Program-made: the position numbers and the translations under genes
DNA from: Cyanophora paradoxa CCMP329
Lineage: Eukaryota > Plantae > Glaucophyta
Length of the DNA: 64,000 bases
Assembly: GCA_004431415.1 (NCBI GenBank)
Contig: QPMI01000425.1
Location: 55,262-119,261 of the forward strand
Reading direction: 5' to 3'
Shown here: in pieces, positions 32,701-43,200 of the stretch
Layout of the letters: every line of letters begins with the position of its first letter
Position numbering within the stretch: position 1 is the stretch's first letter
Notes under the pieces: model-generated
The model's input: only the letters and a program-made list of their open reading frames with translations
What the model was told of the DNA's origin: nothing
Databases searched by the model: none

Positions 32701-34115
32701 AAGATCAGATCACAGATTTTGCCCACACACATTCCCGATTAGAGATACCCGATTTTGCACACGTTCACACAAAAGCTGAGATTTCAGATTTTGACCACAC
32801 ACACACATGGAATAGTATCACAGATAAGCCTTTAACATTTACACCTTCACCACATCCACATTTATGGAGTCATATTACGGATAGACCCACCTTATCAGCA
32901 GTTGCAACAAGCGGAAATTACGATGATCTGATAAATAAACCAACATACACTTCACCGACAAATTTTGATGCTACAAGTGGTATTTCCACAGACCGCACAG
33001 GAGATTGGAGAAATTATAGTGGGCAACCATTAACAAATACAGACACTTCGACATTCACATGGCCCGATAACAATTTGGATTGTAGTAGCTGTAAGATGTA
33101 TTGGAATGTTCCAACAGGAATGAAATCATGTTATATCTATTATACGTGTCAGTATGACAGTAGATACTTTGATGTTGTTGGAATTAAACCATCAACCGAT
33201 ACTTATACTCGTTTACGAGTAAATGCCTATGCTCCTGGATATAATTTTGCAGAAGATTTTAAACAGTTTGCTGCAATAAATTGTGAAGGACTTGTTAAAG
33301 TTGGTGTTCAAGGAAGGATAGGAAGAATTTATCTTCCAGGTCCGATTACTGTTGGATGGAGCAAAAACCCCGCTATATCGTCACACAGTGGTTACTTCCA
33401 TTGGGATAATATATACGGAAAGCCAACAGCTTCTACGACTGTCGGTCCTCACTCTCACACAAAATCAGATATCACAGATTTTGCACATTCACACACAAAG
33501 GCAAATATCACAGATTTCGCACACACTCACACTAAATCAGAAATCACGGATTTCCCAATCTTAGACCCATTTGTAGCCAATACGATCACAGGTAACACAA
33601 TTACAGCCAACAATACCATGTATGTGGGATCCGGTCAAATTTACCAACCGAATGCGCCACTTTATTTGGAACAATGGTTCTTCCACAATTCCGCAAATAT
33701 TTACGATAAAACGTTATTATGTCGGGGAAATGCTTACGCAAGGGCATACTATGCAATGGATGAAACAGATAATACAAAGATCGCAAAACTTGTTTCAGAA
33801 CAACGGGTCAATAAAGACCAGTATATACAAACAGGGAGTTTCTCAAAATCTTTAACAATCACAGGTCCAGGTCATTGGGGATTTCCACAGGTTGTCACAT
33901 TCCCAAAAGCATTTGCGGCAGCCCCAGAAGTGGTTCTCAATCTGATACAAGGATATAATGGTGGTTCATATGTATTGGTATATGGTGTCACAAGTTCCAC
34001 AACAACAACATTTACTATTCATGCAACAATTTCGGCAAATTCTGCATTTAATGAAAGCATTGGACTTTTCCACTATCAAATGAGTTATATTGCAACAGGA
34101 AAAATGGTAGCATAG
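23760..34115 (+). CDS. Giant (3451 aa) modular fibre/adhesin-like virion protein
   Basis: Four YLxLxGGTITxxL fibre motifs, each followed by a ConA/LamG-like module ending (AE/CE)xxxxxRxLT-like; HTH fibre repeats; three FxxxFxxxPxV...T.TGF-type lectin-like modules, one at the C-terminus. Confidence 0.8.
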   Translation: MSITNLPFITRETLYLDDGFELSSNITASNVTISSNLVVKDFLLNQSNLEYIDITSNLPFTYGTDNSALVIYHGGSPVAFFGSNFPTVRTFKHEINKARPIPLTAVVEWDPVKYSQSITSNITLTRPHLIDVMGVDLVKEFYSERFTRNERDVAQDLEISGLSIATAANTAGLAVLTGAITITDAIMYLSRDLVPLLDHQFNLGQSNTDAVKKWLNVYAYDGWFDDLHTTNFYSTTSKTSNIILPFNHSVRPSDLPTDERALISYNDFNSNLSRSVSRTETYTVEGYPQQLANGVYVAYVGKPTYTFTWDQLGVTGLESIPTVSLVDHTTYYNPITNNNESNKAFIQNVTSTGFQVSFVINETYNLLIIRNNSLSSEATISFTLTINYISPVFDSKPRVKVYRDLQGSNIVPFSQNFDLGANSLRWNTVYSLSANTCNIVVAGSSATIGELTAPFRKEYLRELYITKSDLPDAISLVLSPTPSISYHNVKDTSNVVQRGSKVFQASEISASTYRYLAGVPANFNFTFETPFVSPPTIEITDTNLYVINNGSTTSINNAPAGYSPFVATNITTTGFTLVGNATVTYALTAYPVGLYFAKFNLSAIPPVSLSPPFTINWKATGTIPRFDPEDRLKIRYPLDVTDLHTTRINGQNFVFNGTNATLIDNRVTNNYFFDSRYINTCNIVIQNTFENRSKTLSVTLPTHSNVSDGFHYYLFNRNYTSYIPYPSETVNMSYPRVTLTSTNADFFGSTDFMTFFAFTSSTDGLLVYYTFRYDAVWTQLDSHPNTDVIEVGDKKYIKTASPWVCTVRLDDRYTPNLNSIGMHSTCNIYVQGAISATKYFEGGNCDAAHRLLSRNGLFESFSGTALPPFIRDTVYDTTCNIWVCRSVSNPPVTKELYKYLSDTYGAITGSSTGNPATAPIVFANAYTAPTSLAGSTEPPPNDPNPNQPNPDPDSKDPPTTNPDPNTPPAMWMHIANGIGYVDAMAGTAFRNLNCNCVGGWMFQICSNVDPTIDPATITFDCNLFAPKTIFSITCNLVNSDVPIIAPIIGASNIYIQKMPVATQDFVSSNYLSLAGGTITGDLTVNDTLEIKNKILIGNNEILRAPLNFLDFDAGGLSQCLLRFNASLDDAWENNVLVFELVNKGNANVIQKLIQSGSVVFKTSGGPNNKPFYDVAETNSFSTFRYSFSSTNAAGYETIDFSGGITIACVIKLRSAEPLEPILQFDGSSSLGSVGQIWSISKGQWGDGFVLNISKLDQSTFRVPLTLDEVDSWTIYDITITSTSVKVGVNAKERQTFSITNGSHLPRNDVKYVYLGSQYSKFDLCEFYCFTRVLTAEELYNLRWYLHQFYGFVEDPTNPIPRDDNKLLIKTQELQVTGMNLATTNGVAALLTEFTTSNVVNGWLNKYTTSNVVEGWIADSEALLDNYLPLTGGTITGNLSVSNQGNTDSKLKIYENTFKLDYLDVSTFNVLSVLNVFVWVRARDNMKDGTIVSGLGNGAGDVWFDNNPETPNFLLGFGNVAGNSTQIKNNGGPNNKPYFNSYPTINFNFSAYNTWGAECELFMSQTSQQHLTVFFVAKFTDTAPPNVENVLSLSYGTTNWSINKWNNGATCYIQVSNGVGAAGLGESTSPSNAKAEITYSEMTTWTLYEVTVSPSTVTFGINGSNRSVANVTNMFPNNLVTESRIGSSTSKQDLAELIVIIKPTTEIVKDNIRSYLLQKYGYPEPLDNPFASDPNKLLLQTNSLRVTGSLIANNLQYTAPAPGGGFIIKDFQTSSSLQDAEITAINAQITQIQESIDSINTNLEPLTTSNIVEEWIAPLTASNVVHEWIAPLTASNVVQEWVAPLTASNVVQEWIAPLTASNVVQEWIAPLTASNVVQEWIAPLTASNVVQEWIAPKADMIAIKDHVSSNYLPLTGGTITSNLSVNGNLAIGSNTLQELNKDYYQITASNDPASSIPNCLFAWKASGVHGESAFNSNLFNRVPNALIPSIKVAFGNSSYFTSNAEINNQFTITTPSVDSMAAFSYPHVTIDWSLGFTYFAIGKYNQSPSVVDHLRIMRTESPNRTVYYGIKSNTTLGMTSFVISGALQATPSITVPSMLNKWYYTDQTITSDSYTVGLNGVDIQTVTGTNYLPNSRVNFFGLGLTVGGSIAEIIVFNRALTNDEKRDVRYYIQQMYGFPITQPLTFYRGLKITSPETVIDNLTVTSNANLPHHPTSNVVQGWIQNHTHTKAQITDFAHTHTKDQITDFAHTHTKDQITDFAHTHTKDQITDFAHTHTKDQITDFAHTHTKDQITDFAHTHTKDQITDFAHTHTKDQITDFAHTHTKDQITDFAHTHTKDQITDFAHTHTKDQITDFAHTHTKDQITDFAHTHTKDQITDFAHTHTKDQITDFAHTHTKDQITDFAHTHLWEHITNPPLTFPPDSHTHDYSEITNSNHRHPWNEIDLQPTFASAGNVMNDGTNGVSLYQKIDIAERLQLNDYYVNRKGIEAGTTMDGELYIKQPSRSQMVSAGGVGVIDTKPGLFLTSYYNDDIPLTAGLPPLPLDPVSYDDKDAILQVNVTDVSATDGSRPKIIFSRSKFNYVPLVGQPYDGHGKCEMAWIKTLAGGALEVNQRMAAKNLHNETLSGIVTDDYLESKNYVDDTELAAIREDYVTKPELQEYVTEPELNVALSNYLPLKGGTITSNLVVTSNLTVGGKIQMGTGSYLESYRENKYRITSNFDPASNISNCLFAWKASGVHGESAFNSNLFNRVPNALIPSIKVASGNTSYFTSNTEINNQFTITTPSVDSMAAFSYPHVTIDWSLGFTYFAIGKYNQSPSVVDHLRIMRTESPNRTVYYGIKSNTTLGMTSFVISGALQATPSITVPSMLNKWYYTDQTITSDSYTVGLNGVDIQTVTGTNYLPNSRVNFFGLGLTVGGSIAEIIVFNRALTNDEKRDVRYYIQQMYGFPITQPILTRETLNIVGKDRLTLSNLEIPTHNHTKDQITDFAHTHSRLEIPDFAHVHTKAEISDFDHTHTWNSITDKPLTFTPSPHPHLWSHITDRPTLSAVATSGNYDDLINKPTYTSPTNFDATSGISTDRTGDWRNYSGQPLTNTDTSTFTWPDNNLDCSSCKMYWNVPTGMKSCYIYYTCQYDSRYFDVVGIKPSTDTYTRLRVNAYAPGYNFAEDFKQFAAINCEGLVKVGVQGRIGRIYLPGPITVGWSKNPAISSHSGYFHWDNIYGKPTASTTVGPHSHTKSDITDFAHSHTKANITDFAHTHTKSEITDFPILDPFVANTITGNTITANNTMYVGSGQIYQPNAPLYLEQWFFHNSANIYDKTLLCRGNAYARAYYAMDETDNTKIAKLVSEQRVNKDQYIQTGSFSKSLTITGPGHWGFPQVVTFPKAFAAAPEVVLNLIQGYNGGSYVLVYGVTSSTTTTFTIHATISANSAFNESIGLFHYQMSYIATGKMVA
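29169..29441 (+). repeat. 7 x 39-bp coding repeat (PLTASNVVQEWIA)
   Basis: Read directly; units differ mainly at synonymous positions. Confidence 0.95.
29606..32614 (+). repeat. Near-identical ~700-bp intragenic duplication (29606-30304 and 31916-32614)
   Basis: Constant 2310-bp offset; the antisense ORFs at 30051 and 32361 are nearly identical. Confidence 0.9.
30432..30971 (+). repeat. 15 x 36-bp coding repeat (HTHTKDQITDFA)
   Basis: Read directly; 540 bp / 36. Confidence 0.97.
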
Positions 34116-34158
34116 AATGTCGTTTATTTTTATTTTTCATAGAGCATGCATACGAAAG

Positions 34159-35025
34159 GCATGTATCTTGCATAGTGGGCGGGGCGCGAGTGGTTCCAGT
34201 GCATTAAATGGAACATTTCGATTGAAGTCGCGAGTGTGTGCAGGTGGGCATTATCGGCATGCTTGCTCATGCACAAGCTTGCTTTAAAAAATATAAAATG
34301 AAATTCGGTTTAACTCTTACGAGTTTTGCTATAACACTCTCGGCATTGATAGTAGAGACCATCCTTTGTGCTTTGTTTTTTATTATACTCGCTTGCAGGC
34401 TTCTCAATCTTGCAGTGCGAGCATATCTTCGATTGCACTTCGATTTTCGGACGCGTTTTTAAGACATTGTGATACAGGTCAAGGTGATAGTCGCGGTCGC
34501 ATTCGATGCATCTTGGAGTCAATGCGACATTACCAGTTTTTAATTTACGCAAACTAAAACACGATGCAGGTCTATCTACTTTGCAGATAGTGCATTGCTT
34601 CCTTTTGGGTAGTGGGAGTTGATTGCTCGGCATCTTTATAGCTAAATAGCGGGAAACCTTTAAGTGGGGATCAACGCATTTTATATGTTGATTTGAGCTA
34701 TCGGTGGGGCTCACCTTGATTTTTCAATTTGGGTAACTGTAAACAGTTTGGAAACGATCGGGAACATTTCGTAAAAATAAGGGTCTTACTGTCCTTACTG
34801 AGAAATCGAGAGAGGGTTTTAGGGCTTACTGAAAATGGTAAGGGATTAGAGAGAAGATTATGTGTAGGTTTTTGTGATTGGTTTCAGTAAGGAGAGGTTA
34901 GATGTTTGAAAAATGTAGTGTGGCTCAGTGCGAATTTGTGATTTTGTGACTGAGATTCGTGATGCTGTAAATGTGCTTATTGAAAATGGTCGCGCGCAAT
35001 TGGTGGGGTCTACCTTGGAGCGAGC
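34159..35025 (-). repeat. Right terminal inverted repeat of element A
   Basis: Reverse complement of 8876-9742, followed by the TSD CGTACA. Confidence 0.95.
34310..34633 (-). CDS. TIR-encoded Zn-ribbon protein, second copy
   Basis: Translation identical to 9268..9591. Confidence 0.75.
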   Translation of the reverse strand: MPSNQLPLPKRKQCTICKVDRPASCFSLRKLKTGNVALTPRCIECDRDYHLDLYHNVLKTRPKIEVQSKICSHCKIEKPASEYNKKQSTKDGLYYQCRECYSKTRKS

Positions 35026-35699
35026 CGTACACTCAATGCAACGGATTGAAAACCGTAATAAAGCCCGTTGAGTAACGTGATCGACCAACCATCGGACGTG
35101 CACTAATTCAGCGGCACGTTATCGAATACAGCTGCACATGCTACTTGCATACTGCAGTGACTCGCTCATGTTGCACAGTCTTCCACTACTCTGGGTAATG
35201 CCTGGAGACGGGGGGCTGGTCCAGTTGGAAGCCAGCGCCGGGTTGCTTGCGGGGGGGGCATGGCGGGAGCGACGGAGTACGGGGCACTATGGGGCGGCAA
35301 GGACGATGCGCTGCGGCGGGCCGGTGCATGGGGGCGGAGCGCGCGGGGCGGAGGGCGATGGGCTGCCTCCACATCTCTCGGCTGACGTGCGCAAGATTGT
35401 GCTCACCCCGGTCGCCATCGCCCTTGCATGACCGACTCATCATATCGCTGACGGATGACGTTTGCCACGTTCTCGTCCGCGCTCCTGTAACGACATCGGA
35501 ATCAAGATTTTATAGTATGGCGAAGTGTAGAGACGTGTTGACAAATTAAAGGGAGAGGGGGGCGACGGTACATGAGGAGGGGGGGGAGGGCGGTAGGGGG
35601 GGAGGGGGGTATGGAGCTTACCGCCGAATGGCCTCCTCCGCGAGTACGGCCACCTGCATTGCAAGAGTCAGCCGTCATACTGAAAACGTCATTATCGGT

Positions 35700-38600
35700 A
35701 GTCCTATGCTTCGGTATGATTGAGTGTAAAAATCGTGTGGACCCTACAGTCGATCAAGTACAGAATCAAATCGAGCCGGCCGGGGACGCCGATGCCGGCG
35801 CCTTTGCAAATCTCCACCAGCCGACCCCGAAACATCTTCATTGGATACAGCAGCAGCTCCGGCCCTGTCAATGGCAGCTCCTGCATGCACTGTAACCTGC
35901 TGCAGCGTTGGCTGAGAGTTCGCGTAAGGGAAAATGGACGGACTCTGGAGATCCATCAGGGAGCGTGACAAATTGGCGAATATACGCGAGGACGGTGGGA
36001 GGCGTCCAGGTCATCACCGTCGCGGAGTCCGGGCCCACGGTACCCGGAGGTTGGGCTCCCATGTTCCCCGTGTTATCGTCGTCGACGCTGTCGCTCGCGG
36101 CATGTACCGGTGCGTTGGCATCTGACGTTGGATTACTAGGTGGTCAGAGACGACGTTCCAATAGAATATAACTTCGCTAGATCTAAAGTTGCTAGCTCAG
36201 GCACTGATAGCGCCTGCACGACCGCACGTCCGTAATAGCGCACCTGCCTCCGGTCGTACTCTCTCGGTTCTCGCCCCTGCTCTCCGAATTAATCGGGTAG
36301 CCCGAATATTTAAACTCGATAGGTAATAATTCGCACACCCTCTGATGAGACTTTAGCCTTCTTCGAGTTCCGCGTGTTCGCACTTGGGCCCCCGTCCTTC
36401 TTTGCAGCAGAAGAGCTCTCCTCGATCACACTACCCGCCGATTCGTACGCCTCCTCGTCCTCGTACGCGTCCTCCCCATCCGTCTCGCCCTCTACTCAAG
36501 GCGCCATGCGTCAGCGATTACTCACATCGCATCGCTCGACATACCACTACTGGTTTCAGCGTTGTACTTGGGGCAGGTCTTCATGTGATTGGACAGGGTC
36601 TTCTTGCTGGCATACGTGCGATTGCAATTAGCAGCGGGGCAAGGGAGACGGTCGTCGTCGGCCTTCTTGCTCGTAGCTTCGGAAGCTGCTGGATAAATTC
36701 AATGAGTACCGTTCGCACACCAGCCGGCGCACATGAGAGGCATGTTTGGCACCTGACTTCCGTTTGCATGCATCAATGTGCGTCCCCTTTCCTTTGAACG
36801 TTATGCCACAGTTATCACAAATAAACGGCGCCTGCTTCTTTCGCGCTTTCCCAGACGATCCTGCATCTCAGTCAGATCGGCTGCAGTTATGCATGATGTA
36901 TGGGGAATGCAGTCAGCGATCGTGACCGTACCCCGTGACGCCTCGGTGCCCTTTCCAGCATCAGTCGACTCCGCCCCCTTCGAACCCTCGCGCTGGTTGC
37001 CTGCAATTGAGTCTAAGGGGTCGCTCCCTCGAGGGTGTTCGGGGACCTCTTAAATTCAACGCATCCTGCCGCTCACCAGGCCCTCCGGGTTGACTGTCTA
37101 TATCTCGAGACTTGCCTGCGAGCATGTGAACTGTGACCATCTCGAGTGGATATTACGGTGCACCGGTTGCGTACCTTTCGATGTGGCGACGGGTGGTACG
37201 CCCGCCACCTCGCCTGCTTCCTTGCCCTTGCCAGTACCGCGCGATGACGCCATGCCTGCGGGCTCGAAGGACAATTAACTGCCGTATCCTTGCGACAGAC
37301 GCTGCTCCCTTCGTTCGTGCACCTGATGAACGAACCGTAGTCTGGGGGGGGCTTGATGCCCGCTCTTGTTTCACTTCGTCCGGGCGCCGCCACAGATTGG
37401 GCGGCGCAGGGACATTCGATCTCGTTGTTCTCGCCTGGGGGGGGCTTGATGTCCGTTCTTGTTTCACTTCGTCCGGGCGCCGCGACATATTGGGCGGCGC
37501 AGGGACATTAGATCTTGTGGTTCGCATTGCATCGGCGGGCTCGACTTTCGGCTGTACAGCGCGACCATCTTTGTACGCATCAGAACTACATATATCGCGC
37601 CAATTTCAAAGTTCCAATGACCGCACCTGTGCTGTGACGCCGCGGGCTCTTCTCTGATAGGCGCATCCCATCTGCGGCTCCAGCATTGCTGCCGCCTATT
37701 ACGCCTGGCACCCCGCCCGAGCCTGCCGCAGAGCCGAACCGAGGTTGTCAGTCGCATCGTTCTAGCGGGGCTGCGCGCATGCACCTGCTATGTCGCCTTG
37801 GTCGCTCGAACCTGGTCCTGGGCCAATCGTGACGTCACACCGCGAGCCATCGGAGGTCAGTTCCTTCACTCCGGCTGATCCACTATCGCTGCCGCCGAGT
37901 GTACATGCGCCCCCGTCCAAGCCTGCCGCCAACCCGAAGTTGTCAGTCGCTTCGTTCGAGAGGGGTTCCGGGCAGGCACCTGCGATGTCGCCTTCAGCCG
38001 GCGCGCTCGCAGTCTGACTGTCGCCTTCCGCGGGGTTATTTGCCGTCGCCGCCGCGCGCGCCGTCCCGCCCGTGTCCTTTGCACCTTCTGCCGAGTCCAG
38101 ATCGATCACGGCTCGATTACAGTCAGCGTCAGGGCGCGGCGCTCGCTTAGTCTACGGTATCACCTGGAGCTCCGTCGCCTTCGGCATCGCCTGAAAGCGC
38201 CGGCGCCTCGCTCGTCGTCTTTCTCGACTCCATTGTCTCGTCGGCCGAGTCCAGATCAATCACTGCTCCAGTCCGGTCAACGCCAGCACGCTGCGCTTCC
38301 GTGGCACTCTCACCTGATTGAGCCGCTAGCGCTCCTGCCGTACTGTTCCCTTCCATGTCCCTTTCGGCCGCGCCACCGCCCTCGTCGTCTTGTGCGACCC
38401 TCTTGGTACGATCGTCGCCGGCGTGCGGCGAACCACACTCTTGCTCCATGTGCACCTAGTGCTGCGGCTGTCAGCTGGTTCCCTGTGGTGATGCTGTGCA
38501 CGTGCACCCGACGCTCTGGTCTTCAGCTTCCTTACCTGCTCGCACCTGGCGTCTTACGCGCTTATTTCAACGTGTACCCCTTCGACCAGCCGTCCTGGAC

Positions 38601-38700
38601 GGCTGCTCCCTTAGCTTCATTATAAGCTCATACTCGGAAGCCCGACGTCGACGGGCGGCGGCTGGGCTCCTGGTGCGACACGGGGATTGATCAGGCGGCG
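35700..38700 (-). other. Possible multi-exon host or transposon gene of unknown function
   Basis: Minus-strand low-complexity acidic/Ala-rich ORFs (37762..38109 and 38147..38455, both with IDLDSA) and plausible splice sites; no recognisable domain. Confidence 0.25.
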
Positions 38701-40788
38701 GAGGTCCGGATCGCTGGGCGCAGTTACCGTAGTACGTATACGGGCGGAGACTCGCCAGACGCGTACGTATACGTACACCGGATCCTGCGTACTAGTCGAT
38801 CGCCGCGCCGGCGCTGCGGCTGGCGCCGGGCCGCACCTCCGATCCGGGCCGGGCCGGCGGCGGGCCGCGCCCGGCCTGCGGCAATAAGCAATTGCAAGGC
38901 ATGAGGAAGACCTGCAAACCCTCCGATATTATATTACCTGCATCAAATCGATGTAACATAGCTAGCTACCAATATTAATAGCGCTCTCGCCGGGCCTAGG
39001 CGTCCGGATCCGGATCCTGGCCGCGGCCGGGTCGAGGTCCCCCGGCAGCGGGCGCGCGAGGGTAAAATATAAGAGGTGGAGCTCGAGCGGCCGCGGGCGC
39101 TAAATCTAGTACTAGTACTAGTACTGATAATTGTTGCGCGTTGATGCAAACACTCCGAATTACCTGCAGCTGATCGATGCAGCACAGCTATATAGCTAGC
39201 TGCCAATATTAATAGCGCTCTACACGACTCTCCTCCTCTCGCGATTGCAGATCTAGACCCCCGCCGCCGGGAGCTCGATGTCGTACCCCATCATTCCTTC
39301 TACCCTTCCAATTTTCATCCCTCAGCACTCTCGCTCCTCCCTATTTACCCGGTTTAATTCTGATGATATATACGAAATATTTCAAAATTACGTACGCCGG
39401 CTACTATAGGTATTAAATATTTGAATTCTGCGTGAAAATTATATATGTTGTCCGGATATCGATCTATCCTTCTGGCATTTTAAACATTTCCGTGCCGGCG
39501 GAGACCTGATACAGACCAGAGGCTGCACTGCCCCGGGGCAGGACTGTTTATTCACTGCTTAGATGTCCGTCACATCGAGGTTCCTCTCGAGCTAGGTTTG
39601 GCTATTAGGTATAGTGTGAATGATTGTTAAAGATTCTCTGGGGGTATGCTAATGGGACAATTAATGGGTTTTTATATATATGCTATATACTATTATTTAT
39701 ATATGATATATATATGATTTATACTAGCGGATATTATATATATACTATATATTATATTGTGTGTCTAATAATAATATATATCGGCTAATATATTATTATA
39801 TACTTAATTAAAGTATATACATAGGCAGGAGTTTCAGGTTCGCAGTACCCAGGTCTAACGTTAACGTTGTTTGCGCGCCCGGCAGGAGTTTCAGGTTCGC
39901 AGTACCCAGGTCTAACTTCATCCCTGTGCCAATCGGACATCGCCGATCGCCGACTGGCGCAGTGCATGTGGATGTTGCAATGTCTTGTACTTGGCTGACT
40001 GAGTATGGCATACAGTATGCTTGCCTCCAGATCGTGCTGGTCGATTCGTGCGGTCGGATATCGATGGAATTGGTGTTGTCGTACCCCGGTACCAGATCGT
40101 CCCCGCGCCAGTCGAACGTCGACGGTGCCCGACTGGCGCAGGGCATGTATGGTTTACAATGGCTTCTAAATCGGTCACTGAGGTGGGCTAACCTTTTGTT
40201 TGCCTTCCGAGCGTGATCTTCAGCGCGGACGATTCGGCTGGAGTCAAGTGCACTGTACCCGTGTGTGTGTTCATCCCTGTGACTGGTTGTATTTAGTACC
40301 CCACAGGAGAGCGCCGCATCGCGCGGCTGCTCGTCCTCAAGTGAGGATCGATGCGATCATGCTGTGGTAGCGGCGTCGAACGGGAAGCACCGCGAGCACT
40401 CCCATGGCCACACGTTGGTGCGCCTTGTCATCCCTTTGTTACCGCCGTAGTGCAATGGTGAAGTCGCAGGCGTGCAACTCCGTCGTGCCTTCGTTGCGCC
40501 TCCGGATCCGCCCCGTCCTGAACGCCTTCGTTGCGCCCCCGGCTGCCCCCGTCCTGAGGCAGCCGGGACGCAAGTGCGCGTTTCCCCGCCCTTCGGCGCC
40601 GCGCGCGCTTCGCACGACAGGGCGAGTGCAGGGCTATCGTCTACGCGACGTCTATCGTCTATAGGTGCACGGCTGTCGCCCGGGTGCCGCAGTGCGCGAG
40701 GTGCGGTGGAGCGGATCTTGCTTGCCGGCAGGGCGCCCTGTCTGCCACCGACTTCTGATCAAACTGGCCGCAGATGAGCTATAGCTAG

Positions 40789-43200
40789 CGCTTTGTCGCT
40801 TCCTGTCGCTCTCGCTCGTTGGCTGCATGACTTCGGGCGGGGCGCGCCCGGCAGACCGTCCCTCACGCTTGGTGCGCGCCTCCCCGCCCTTAAACGCCGC
40901 TCCGTGCGCAACGGGGCGGGAGCAGGAGACCTGAATTGGAGGCGCGCCTGTCGCGCTTCGCGGTGCCGGAGTAGCTGCGCCTACCGCACTCCCGAGCCTC
41001 CGAGCGCGGCGCCGACAGCCTCTCGCGTCGCTCGCGTTCGTGAAAGCGGCCGCCGCGGGCCTCTCGGACCGAACGTCTCTCGGGCCTCGAGGAGGTGCGG
41101 GCTGGGGGGGGGGGGGGGCGCCGCAGGGGTACGCGCCAACGCTTTCGCCGCAGCTTGATTCCACTCTGGGGGACGACGCTGGGCCCGCCCTGGAGCCCCT
41201 CGCCTCCGGGGCCGCCAACTCCTCCCTTCGTGCCCCCCGCCTCTGCGGCCCGTGCGCCCCGCCCCATCTTCACGCGCTTTGTCGCTTCCTGTCGCTCTCG
41301 CTCGTTGGCTGCATGACTTCGGGCGGGGCGCGCCCGGCAGACCGTCCCTCATGCTTGGTGCGCGCCTCCCCGCCCTTAAACGCCGCTCCGTGCGCAACGG
41401 GGCGGGAGCAGGAGACCTGAATTGGAGGCGCGCCTGTCGCGCTTCGCGGTGCCGGAGTAGCTGCGCCTACCGCACTCCAGAGCCTCCGAGCGCGGCGCCG
41501 ACAGCCTCTCGCGGCGCTCGCGTTCGTGAAAGCGGCCGCCGCGGGCCTCTCGGACCGAACGTCTCTCGGGCCTCGAGGAGGTGCGGGCTGTGGGGGGGGG
41601 GGGGCGCCGCAGGGGTACGCGCCAACGCTTTCGCCGCAGCTTGATTCCACTCTGGGGGACCGGCCGCCGCGGGCCTCTCGGACCGAACGTCTCTCGGGCC
41701 TCGAGGAGGTGCGGGCTGGGGGGGGGGGGGCGCCGCAGGGGTACGCGCCAACGCTTTCGCCGCAGCTTGATTCCACTCTGGGGGACGACGCTGGGCCCGC
41801 CCTGGAGCCCCTCGCCTCCGGGGCCGCCAACTCCTCCCTTCGTGCCCTCCGCCTCTGCGGCCCGTGCGCCCCGCCCCATATTCACCCCCCCCCTCCCCCC
41901 CCCCAACCAACCAACCCTACAACTCCGTACCCCTGTGCCCCTGGACCTCGATGTGACGGATATCTTCGCCGCAGCTTGATTCCACCCTGGGGGACCGGCC
42001 GCTGCGGGCCTCTCGGACCGAACGTCTCTCGGGCCTCGAGGAGGTGCGGGCTGTGGAGGGGGGGGGGGGGGAGCGGGGGGGCACTGCAGGGGTACGCGCC
42101 AACGCATTCGCCGCAGCTTGATTCCACTCTGGGGGACGACGCTGGGCCCGCCCTGGAGCCCCTCGCCTCCGGGGCCGCCAACTCCTCCCTTCGTGCCCTC
42201 CGCCTCTGCGGCCCGTGCGCCCCGCCCCATCTTCACCCCCCCTCCCCCCCCCAACCAACCAACCCCTACAACTCCGTACCCCTGTGCCCCTGGACCTCGA
42301 TGTGACGGATATCTTCGCCGCAGCTTGATTCCACCCTGGGGGACCGGCCGCTGCGGGCCTCTCGGACCGAACGTCTCTCGGGCCTCGAGGAGGTGCGGGC
42401 TGTGGAGGGGGGGGGGGGGGGGGGGGGGCACTGCAGGGGTACGCGCCAACGCATTCGCCGCAGCTTGATTCCACTCTGGGGGACGACGCTGGGCCCGCCC
42501 TGGAGCCCCTCGCCTCCGGGGCCGCCAACTCCTCCCTTCGTGCCCCCCGCCTCTGCGGCCCGTGCGCCCCGCCCCATCTTCACCCCCCCCTCCCCCCCCC
42601 CCAACCAACCAACCCCTACAACTCCGTACCCCTGTGCCCCTGGACCTCGATGTGAAGGACATCTTCGCCGCAGCTTGATTCCACTCTGGGGGACCGGCCG
42701 CTGCGGGCCTCTCGGACCGAACGTCTCTCGGGCCTCGAGGAGGTGCGGGCTGTGGGGGGGTGGAGGGGGGGCGCCGCAGGGGTACGCGCCAACGCTTTCG
42801 CCGCAGCTTGATTCCACTCTGGGGGACCGGCCGCCGCGGGCCTCTCGGACCGAACGTCTCTCGGGCCTCGAGGAGGTGCGGGCTGTGGGGGGCGGGGGGG
42901 GCGCCGCAGGGGTACGCGCCAACGCTTTCGCCGCAGCTTGATTCCACTCTGGGGGACCGGCCGCTGCGGGCCTCTCGGACCGAACGTCTCTCGGGCCTCG
43001 AGGAGGTGCGGGCTGTGGAGGGGGGGGGGGGGGGGGGGGGGGGGGGCACTGCAGGGGTAAGCGCCAAAGCATTCGCCGCAGCTTGATTCCACTCTGGGGG
43101 ACGACGCTGGGCCCGCCCTGGAGCCCCTCGCCTCCGGGGCCGCCAACTCCTCCCTTCGTGCCCTCCGCCTCTGCGGCCCGTGCGCCCTGCTCCGCGCTCA
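40789..43200. repeat. GC-rich complex minisatellite with variable poly-G/poly-C tracts
   Basis: Recurrent blocks GGGCCTCTCGGACCGAACGTCTCTCGGGCCTCGAGGAGGTGCGGGCTG and CGCCGCAGCTTGATTCCAC; the first unit repeats at ~486 bp. Confidence 0.9.

Larger units (their letters stand above)
8876..35025. mobile_element. Element A: complete endogenous Polinton-like virus (26,150 bp)
   Basis: 867-bp TIRs; 6-bp TSD CGTACA at 8870-8875 and 35026-35031; rve integrase, A32 ATPase, capsid-like genes and a pPolB-like gene; intronless and more AT-rich than the flanks. Confidence 0.95.

Noticed and set aside
37340-39920. Short local duplications (87 bp at ~37345/37435; 36 bp at 39823/39881; ~38935/39160)
   Set aside because: Two-copy duplications with no further structure; no function can be supported.
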